Source: a virus
Lineage: Duplodnaviria > Caudoviricetes
DNA: 64,000 nucleotides
Direction: 5' to 3' (one strand)
Virus record (IMG/VR): IMGVR_UViG_3300005805_000060
Coordinates: 24,461 to 88,460 of that record
The position numbers and the translations under genes were made by a program. The notes below the pieces were generated by a model, which worked only from the letters and a program-made list of their open reading frames with translations, was not told where the DNA came from and ran no database searches. Positions 57,146 to 64,000 of the stretch are shown here, piece by piece; the stretch's first letter is position 1; each line of letters begins with the position of its first letter.

Positions 57146-59739
57146 CGCGGGAAAAACTTCATGGGTTTGGGTGCAGGATGAGCGGCATTTTCGCACTTGG
57201 TGCATATATCGTAACAGCTTTCAGCTTCGGGAATCACATCTTCGTAGCTCTGGCGATCTAGGTTCCCTATGATATTGTCTAGTCCGTAGTCCATGCAACA
57301 CAAGCTCACGTCACCGTTGGGCATGAGCACATTGTGATAGAGATTTTCAATACACCCACAAGTTCTAGGACCATCGTTATGCCGCACCTGATGCCAGCGA
57401 TTGGTCAAGGGCTGTAAGTCAGGCTTGAGCAGTGCTTCTCTGCTGAGATTGCCGGATCGATCCCACATTTGACTGGCCATGATGTGATCAGGAAAACAGT
57501 GGTTGACTGCAGGATGTATGTCAGCGCCCATGCTCATGACCTGGAAGTTTTGTATGTGCTGACGATTGTCACGAATCCATTCACAGAGCTCAACATAGCC
57601 CGGAGTTATGGGATGTCGAGCCAGTAACTCACTGTCAGGCAGGTGCAGAGTAAATCCACCATTGGGGTTGCCTGCAAATGGTATGTGAGCCATGGCCTTG
57701 ATATCCGCCACACTCATGCCTATGCCTGTGGTGAACACACTGATGGGATGACCCTGTTGGTATGCATAGAGCACCATATCGGTACAATGCTTGTTCATCC
57801 AGGGTTCCACAAATCCTGAAAAAGTAATGCGCACCTCTTGTGGAACTTTGTCAATCCAGCGTTGAAAATCTTCCAGCTTCATGATGCGCTGACCTTGATA
57901 ACTGCTGGTCAACACACGCTGAGGGCAAAACACACAGTCAACCACACAGCCTTTTTGGGGTACTGTGGTGGTCACTTCCAGCGTAGGTGCTGGATGATGC
58001 TGCCACTTTTTCTTTTGCTGTAGTGGCACCCGGTTGTCAATCCAGATGTTGACTGTATCATAGTAATTAATAAACCAGTCGCTCCAGAGATTGGGGTTGA
58101 TATCAACATAGTCGAGACTCTGCACCTGATGAGATGTCATCTGGCGTAGATATGTGTCTCGGAATCTACGAAATTTTGCCTTGAGCTCAGGGGTGTTGAG
58201 ATGAAATTTGCCTGCAATCTTGCGAACATTTTTTATGATCCAATCAAAATTGTCATCGTTGAAAATATCGTATTCGGCCCCTTCGCAGGCTATCTTAAGG
58301 AAATCTATGTGATCCAGTTTGAACTGTGCAATTAAACTCTGGAACGATATCGTGGGCATTAGGTTGGCATCTGATCCGTTGCTGATGTCCGACGTAGTGG
58401 GGTCAAACAGGCCTGTCACCCGGTACTCGCCTGTGGCAGGTGCCAGTGCCCGATTGATCAATGTGCAAGGTACCGACAACTTTTGAGCATTGTCGGCCAG
58501 AGTACGGAACAACGAAGGTTCTGGTTCAACACAGTACACATGTCCCGGATCACGGTCTGCTATCTTCCACAAGAATGGACCCACGCTAGCGCCCACGTCA
58601 ACCACGATATCATTGGCATCTACTGAAAAGATCATTTGATAAACATCGTGCTCAAACACCTCATCTTCCACCTGATTCAAGAACCAAGAATTGCCTTTGA
58701 TGTCGCCCCAGTCTAGTCCCAGGTGAGATTGGTTCTTGCCCCATAACAGTTGATCCAGCAGAGATCTTGGCATCTTGAGTATGAATGCTGCATTGTCTTG
58801 GTAACCAAAACTGATCAAGAGATCTTGATTGTGCCAGGCAGCGCCACAACAAAATTCAATGTCGGCTCCCATGAACGAAAAACTGTCAGTGACTCGAATC
58901 AGTTTCCAGTCTCGAGTCCAAACCACAAACCTATGCCGATATGTGGCATCTTTTTGTCCGTGTTCGCTCTTGAACAAACACACCTCATGTGTGATTGCCA
59001 AGTAGTAATCACCATAGGGTATGACCTGACTGCCGCCACGCAGGTCCGGTAGTCCGCGTGTGCCTGGCGACTGGTCTAGAAACACAGTTTGGGTTTGCCC
59101 ACTTTTGGGATCATACTTGACCACTTCAGTGGGGTTGGTCCATTTTACATAGTGGTAGGGTTGATCCAAGACTGGCATCCAATTTTTTTCGCAATAACTA
59201 GTGTTATCGCCTGTGGATGGAATACGCTCTCGTCGAGATTCACGCACACTGTCCTGATCACGCGACAGAGTTGAAAGCTCCATACGCCCTTCTCCGGTGG
59301 TTGTGGTATCACGTCGAACTCCGCTTAGATACAGAGTGTCATCCCACCGGAACAACCGCGCATCCTCTAGGCCCACAAATTCCCACACAGGATCTTGATC
59401 AAACTGAGCAGTGTCTACTAGATCAATTTTTGTGATAGATAAATCATGGTCTAGGTAGGCCAAATAGTTCCAAGTTCTCAGGTGCTGATCATTTTCGGGA
59501 TGCAAATATTGCAAAGGACCGTATCGATGTTGAAACCGTTTGTTTTCACTGTGATACAAGGTATAGTTTACATGGCGGATGTTACACAGCAACTGACCTC
59601 CATCGACATAAACCGATGGATTCATGATACCAGTTCCATTGGTAATTGTGGAATCCAGGATCAAAGGATGAATAGATCCACCCTGAGTCAGACAACTACG
59701 TACCAGACCAAACTGGCTAATATTTTGATTCACAGTCAT
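57142..59739 (-). CDS. Fusion: glycosidase-like beta-propeller, FkbM methyltransferase, radical SAM/SPASM
   Basis: MNPSV..GLEDARL..EKNWMP..LRGGS; VDVGASVG..FLKIACEG; GCVVDCVFC..EPW..CCMD..CTKC. Confidence 0.8.
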   Translation of the reverse strand: MTVNQNISQFGLVRSCLTQGGSIHPLILDSTITNGTGIMNPSVYVDGGQLLCNIRHVNYTLYHSENKRFQHRYGPLQYLHPENDQHLRTWNYLAYLDHDLSITKIDLVDTAQFDQDPVWEFVGLEDARLFRWDDTLYLSGVRRDTTTTGEGRMELSTLSRDQDSVRESRRERIPSTGDNTSYCEKNWMPVLDQPYHYVKWTNPTEVVKYDPKSGQTQTVFLDQSPGTRGLPDLRGGSQVIPYGDYYLAITHEVCLFKSEHGQKDATYRHRFVVWTRDWKLIRVTDSFSFMGADIEFCCGAAWHNQDLLISFGYQDNAAFILKMPRSLLDQLLWGKNQSHLGLDWGDIKGNSWFLNQVEDEVFEHDVYQMIFSVDANDIVVDVGASVGPFLWKIADRDPGHVYCVEPEPSLFRTLADNAQKLSVPCTLINRALAPATGEYRVTGLFDPTTSDISNGSDANLMPTISFQSLIAQFKLDHIDFLKIACEGAEYDIFNDDNFDWIIKNVRKIAGKFHLNTPELKAKFRRFRDTYLRQMTSHQVQSLDYVDINPNLWSDWFINYYDTVNIWIDNRVPLQQKKKWQHHPAPTLEVTTTVPQKGCVVDCVFCPQRVLTSSYQGQRIMKLEDFQRWIDKVPQEVRITFSGFVEPWMNKHCTDMVLYAYQQGHPISVFTTGIGMSVADIKAMAHIPFAGNPNGGFTLHLPDSELLARHPITPGYVELCEWIRDNRQHIQNFQVMSMGADIHPAVNHCFPDHIMASQMWDRSGNLSREALLKPDLQPLTNRWHQVRHNDGPRTCGCIENLYHNVLMPNGDVSLCCMDYGLDNIIGNLDRQSYEDVIPEAESCYDICTKCENAAHPAPKPMKFFPR

Positions 59740-59888
59740 GATCTAGTGTTTATGCTCAGAGACCAGGGCCATGACAAAATCTCAGTGCTTACCGGAGGCG
59801 TGCCATCTGTCACAACCTCGGCATGTGGAGAATTGTTCTTGTTCAGAAGATTCCAGACTGAATATTTTTCAGTTTACATACAGGTGTA

Positions 59889-60587
59889 TTAGTCTGTTAA
59901 ATCGTCGTTTTTAGTGGTTCTTCGTCCTTCTGTGGGTCTGACACAAATAGTTGTGTTACTATCTTTGTCATAAGCTATACAACCAGCATGGCTAATATTA
60001 TACAGGTCTGCTGATATCATTTCATCGAGAGATGCGTAGATGCCCATTTTCAAGATATTTGCCAGCATGTTTTTTGCTACTATTGGATCAATTGCATATG
60101 CATGGGCACGACAGATGAAGTGTTTGTTTGGACCGTCAGAAGCATGCAGAGGTACCTGCATTATTGGCCAATTACGCTCTGCCCACTCAACCGAACCTAG
60201 AAATAATATTGTGTTAAATCCTGGAAAATGCGTGAGATTTGTTAACATCACTGCATCATGCTCTAGAATAACAATAGGCTTGTCAATCCTGGCACAATGT
60301 AGCCAAAGGCTTATGTGGCTCAAAGCACATGCAACTTCGGCCTTGGTCAAGTAGTTGTCCATGATCTTCACAATACTCATGAACGAGCAGTTGTGTACAT
60401 GATCTGGTGTCTTTATAGATTCTGGGTTGGTGCCGTCGAACGCATCCCAGATCTTATAAGGCATGCCCGCTCTCCGACAAGATTCCACACATCTTCGCGA
60501 ATATGACTCAGAAATCTCATTATTTTTAATTGTGATAATGTAAGCTGAGTCTATTTTTGTGTCGTAGGACCTGAACAGTGTCTTCAT
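59889..60587 (-). CDS. GT25-like glycosyltransferase
   Basis: AFDG, EVACALSH..LW, ILEHDA, AHAY.I.P..A. The ATG at 60587 overlaps the upstream stop. Confidence 0.75.
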   Translation of the reverse strand: MKTLFRSYDTKIDSAYIITIKNNEISESYSRRCVESCRRAGMPYKIWDAFDGTNPESIKTPDHVHNCSFMSIVKIMDNYLTKAEVACALSHISLWLHCARIDKPIVILEHDAVMLTNLTHFPGFNTILFLGSVEWAERNWPIMQVPLHASDGPNKHFICRAHAYAIDPIVAKNMLANILKMGIYASLDEMISADLYNISHAGCIAYDKDSNTTICVRPTEGRRTTKNDDLTD

Positions 60588-61897
60588 ACTGCAACATGCC
60601 ATGTGGTATTATTTACATTGATTTTAGTGCCAAATTTCTCATCAACTGCTCTTTTGACATTGGGCCATGAGTTGCTGTAATCATCACCTGCGATCAAGCC
60701 ACCCTTCTTGACTTTTGGCAACCAGGCATCGATATCAGACACGACAGACTCATAATCATGCGATCCATCAATCATGACAAAATCAATGCTTGCATCTTTG
60801 AACTTTGCACTTGCTTCAACACTTGTCATTCGGACGGGCTCAACAATGTCATCAACACCACACATTTTTATGTTATCAATGAATTCATCAAACAGTGATG
60901 TGGGCATAGTTGCAATTAGGTCTTTGTGTAATTGCTCATTGGACCCCTCAAATGTGTCCACGGCATATACTTTGATTTTTTTCTTGCTTTGTTTGATCAG
61001 GGAACCAAGGCAACTTGTACTCTTGCCTCTCCAAGCACCAATCTCAACAATGGTGGAATTGTCTGACAGATTTGCGACAACATGCGAGTATAGATTACCA
61101 TAGTCGAACCATCCCTGAATCAACTCCCATTCGGAAATTCTGTTCCACAAATCAACCCATGATGAATGTGTTGTGTTGATTGAAACAGGTGCAGAATACC
61201 CCACATGGTATGCAATGCTTGGGATGGGACTAAAAGCACGAATAGTTGTATCTTGGTTTTCCAAAGAGTAATACAGCTTGTTGATTGTGTCATCTTCTAA
61301 AACCCTGGGGTATTTGGTGGCTAAATTTTCAAAATGAATCCAGTTGTGCTTGACTGTTGAATAGTGTGTCAGCATGGTGTTGGCAGTCTTGTTAACAGAG
61401 CGCCAATATCGAATACCATCATGATACAAAGTGGTACAAGCTTCCTGACCTTCCGCATAGCGCAGAGAACAGTCATAAGGATAGATAACTATTCCAGTGT
61501 TATATCTCTTCATGAAATAGAGATAAGCACCGATCATGTGATCTATTGCATTTTCCTCATGGAGATAGTCATCCTCAACCACATATACCAGTCCATCTGA
61601 GTTTGCTGCCAATTTGAACTGCTCAAGTGCTGAGTGATTGGGTCCTCGCTCGGGCAAATTAACAACATTGCAAGTTATACCTTTTGTTGCAAGGTCAATA
61701 AAATTAATAAATCTTGCATCACTATTATCATCCAGTATTGTTAACGTGATCTGGTGATTGGAAGATTTTATAGCTGATATCAGTGACAACAGGCATTTTT
61801 TAATTAGAACCTCCCTGTTGTCACCACATATTCTTTTACGATCACTGGGTGTCAACAAGGAGTTACTGCACGTTCTCAGTATTATGTCAAGATGCAT
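60584..61897 (-). CDS. GT2-like glycosyltransferase fused to a class I methyltransferase
   Basis: VYVVEDDYLH; VEIGAWRGKS, VDTF, MIDGSHDY, GDDY. Confidence 0.8.
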   Translation of the reverse strand: MHLDIILRTCSNSLLTPSDRKRICGDNREVLIKKCLLSLISAIKSSNHQITLTILDDNSDARFINFIDLATKGITCNVVNLPERGPNHSALEQFKLAANSDGLVYVVEDDYLHEENAIDHMIGAYLYFMKRYNTGIVIYPYDCSLRYAEGQEACTTLYHDGIRYWRSVNKTANTMLTHYSTVKHNWIHFENLATKYPRVLEDDTINKLYYSLENQDTTIRAFSPIPSIAYHVGYSAPVSINTTHSSWVDLWNRISEWELIQGWFDYGNLYSHVVANLSDNSTIVEIGAWRGKSTSCLGSLIKQSKKKIKVYAVDTFEGSNEQLHKDLIATMPTSLFDEFIDNIKMCGVDDIVEPVRMTSVEASAKFKDASIDFVMIDGSHDYESVVSDIDAWLPKVKKGGLIAGDDYSNSWPNVKRAVDEKFGTKINVNNTTWHVAV

Positions 61898-63614
61898 TTT
61901 GTCTCGCTTTCACAGCTTCCCGGAAATCATCAATTGTGTACCTGCCCGGCTTGTGAACTTCTATGAGCATCTTTGTGCTTTCAGCAACATTGTTCAGAGT
62001 ATTGAAAGCAAAGTCTAGTTCGTCTTTGGTAATCTCGCCCTTGGATATTTTGTCCTTGAACATGTGAGTAAAGTCATACTTTATGTCACAAATCTCAATA
62101 TCAATGTTGGTGTCAAACGCAAGGGATGAGTGTGACAATCCCTGTTCTATCGTCCACATAATATGCTTTTTGTTGAACATCTCCAGCATCTGTGGTGTGA
62201 TTGCTCGGACATGTGTGGGATCATTCAGAGCATTGTCTGAACGCCAGTGTGGTGTTTGCACTTCCCAGACAGCACCGTTGCGACTGACTCTGTAAAGCTC
62301 CTTGATGATGGCTAGAAACTTGCTTGGAGTTTCACCTAGATGTTCCAGTATGTCCTTCATCACAATGTGACTGAACTCGTTGTCCTTCCAGGGCCAGGGC
62401 GTTTGCTCAAGATCAACAACCTGATCTGCGTTGACATGCAGAGACTTGTCTACGTTGATGTAATCTTTGAGCTTCTCTGCACCTGATCCCAGATTCAGTC
62501 TCTTGATTTCATAATCATGATTGGGATGCTCAATTTTTGGCAATTCAAACTTTGTCGCAAAGTCTGTGTATAGTCTCTGGAACGTCTTGTTCCACTTCTC
62601 ATACTCTTCCTGGCGATATAGTTTTACACATGGATACCAGGGTGATGTGGTGGACTCGGGAGCGCCAAGAACCCAGGTGTGATAAGGCAGGATCGGAGGT
62701 AAAATCCATGTCTCTTTTCCCAGGGCAGCAGCAATATGAGCAATGCTAGTGCATGATGTAATCACCAAATCCAGATGCATGATAGCTGCAACAGTATCTT
62801 CCCAGCCCAACAGCCATTTCTGAATGTCGATTACATTATCTGGCAGCGGCTCAAGATTGTTGTCGCGTTGCAGTGAGTAAAGTTGAACATCATCATACTT
62901 TGCCAGTGCAAACATGAACTCCACAGGAAAACGACGAAATTGTTGATGTTCAAATTTGGGGTTACCTGCCCAGCGAATGCCCACTCGCTTCTTTTCAGAT
63001 GTGATGATGCCAGACCAAATCTGCATGGACATTTCGTTAGCAGAAAGATATGGCTTGTTGGGAAGGTCCTCATATGTGTGTCCTGCAACCCATCCTGCAC
63101 TGAATCCTGGAATCCAGAAGTCATGCGGCACGGTACCAGCCTCGTCTCGCTGAATAACAATGTCAACTCCAGGAACTCTCTTGAACAGTGACTTGAACTC
63201 AGGTGAACAAGCCACGATTACAGTCTTGGCGCCGAGATTTTTGTAGCTCTGGGCAAATCTTACGTGGATCGCCTCGTCTCCAAAGCCACCCTCCAGTGAT
63301 AGAATGATCGACTTGCCTTTTATTTCGTGTACTTCAGGGTTGTACATGGGAGCAGTGGTGGCAAGAGGTTGCCCACCATATACACCGATGTGGCGTCCAC
63401 CTTCAAGCAGCTTGCATCCGGTCTGTAGATCGCCATTCTGTAGAAAAAACCAGGCGCGGTTGAAATTGTGTCTAAGCCACATGTCTGGATTGGGCTTGCC
63501 GGAGGGATCTAGAATTCCGTCTGGCCCCATGGACTCTAGCGTGTTAGAAATCTCAGATGCCTGATCAAATTCACCACGAAGCATATGAGCGAGTTGCTTG
63601 TCGATTAGATGCAT
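61887..63614 (-). CDS. Fusion: TPR-like, GT9-like GT-B, methyltransferase
   Basis: EGGFGD.IH.VRF, VGI.WAGNP, YSLQ, DLVITSCT..AH.AAALG; LNLGSG, DILEH. GGAG SD before the ATG at 63614. Confidence 0.8.
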   Translation of the reverse strand: MHLIDKQLAHMLRGEFDQASEISNTLESMGPDGILDPSGKPNPDMWLRHNFNRAWFFLQNGDLQTGCKLLEGGRHIGVYGGQPLATTAPMYNPEVHEIKGKSIILSLEGGFGDEAIHVRFAQSYKNLGAKTVIVACSPEFKSLFKRVPGVDIVIQRDEAGTVPHDFWIPGFSAGWVAGHTYEDLPNKPYLSANEMSMQIWSGIITSEKKRVGIRWAGNPKFEHQQFRRFPVEFMFALAKYDDVQLYSLQRDNNLEPLPDNVIDIQKWLLGWEDTVAAIMHLDLVITSCTSIAHIAAALGKETWILPPILPYHTWVLGAPESTTSPWYPCVKLYRQEEYEKWNKTFQRLYTDFATKFELPKIEHPNHDYEIKRLNLGSGAEKLKDYINVDKSLHVNADQVVDLEQTPWPWKDNEFSHIVMKDILEHLGETPSKFLAIIKELYRVSRNGAVWEVQTPHWRSDNALNDPTHVRAITPQMLEMFNKKHIMWTIEQGLSHSSLAFDTNIDIEICDIKYDFTHMFKDKISKGEITKDELDFAFNTLNNVAESTKMLIEVHKPGRYTIDDFREAVKARQNAS

Positions 63615-63652
63615 TGCGAACTCCAAATTAATTAATTATATAGTATGATTAT

Positions 63653-64000
63653 TTAGGAGTCAACCAGGTTGATGGCCATGGTGTGAGTACCGCCAGCACT
63701 CACTGATGTCCAGCTGCTGGTACCCACCTGAACCGGACTTGATCTCGTGGTGAGGTTATTTTGACCCAGTTGACCACTGGTACCCAAGCCCCAGGCCCAT
63801 AGGGTATTATTAGACCTGATGGCCATGGTGTGAGTGACACCAGCACTCACTGATGTCCAGCTGCTGGTACCCACCTGAACCGGACTTGATCTCGTGGTGA
63901 TGTTATTTTGACCCAGTTGACCACTGGTATTCGATCCCCAGGCCCATAGGGTATTATCAGACCTGATGGCCATGGTGTGAGTACCGCCAGCACTCACTGA
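63653..64000 (-). CDS. RCC1-repeat protein, C-terminal part only
   Basis: 49-aa repeats SAGxTHTMAI..NTLWAWG...GQLG...RSSPVQV. The gene starts outside the window. Confidence 0.9.
   Translation of the reverse strand, partial: SVSAGGTHTMAIRSDNTLWAWGSNTSGQLGQNNITTRSSPVQVGTSSWTSVSAGVTHTMAIRSNNTLWAWGLGTSGQLGQNNLTTRSSPVQVGTSSWTSVSAGGTHTMAINLVDS
63671..64000. repeat. 147-bp near-identical tandem repeats
   Basis: GATGGCCATGGTGTGAGT recurs at 63671, 63818 and 63965. Confidence 0.92.

Noticed and set aside
63671-64000. CRISPR array or DGR template/variable repeat
   Set aside because: The repeats are contiguous, in-frame and coding, with no spacers. Differences are not confined to adenines, and no reverse transcriptase is visible.

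Overview
A 64-kb segment of a large T4-like (myovirus-type) phage genome, read in the standard genetic code, with most genes on the minus strand. It carries a recombination/replication module (three-piece uvsW helicase, uvsX, uvsY, gp32, probable clamp-loader small subunit, a miniature DnaE-like ORF, dNMP kinase). It also carries a morphogenesis module (split terminase, gp4, tail tube, sheath, neck gp13/gp14, gp15 and several probable internal head proteins). About 20 glycosyltransferase, methyltransferase, radical-SAM and TPR genes are present, several as multi-enzyme fusions. The most notable structures are: (1) three naturally split inteins, each with a free-standing endonuclease gene between IntN and IntC, two of them in one helicase gene, which must be assembled from three polypeptides; (2) AT-rich in-frame peptide cassettes flanked by direct repeats that encode putative prohead-protease sites (GMAEG, MEE) inside internal head proteins; (3) a GIY-YIG gene that has separated the first ten codons from gp15 and appears to supply a recoded replacement start; (4) many apparently leaderless transcripts, a twin inverted IHF site and apparent TCTAGA enrichment. 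I saw no tRNA, rRNA or CRISPR array. All product calls come from motif recognition by eye; no database search was run. Several start codons are corrected relative to the ORF track.
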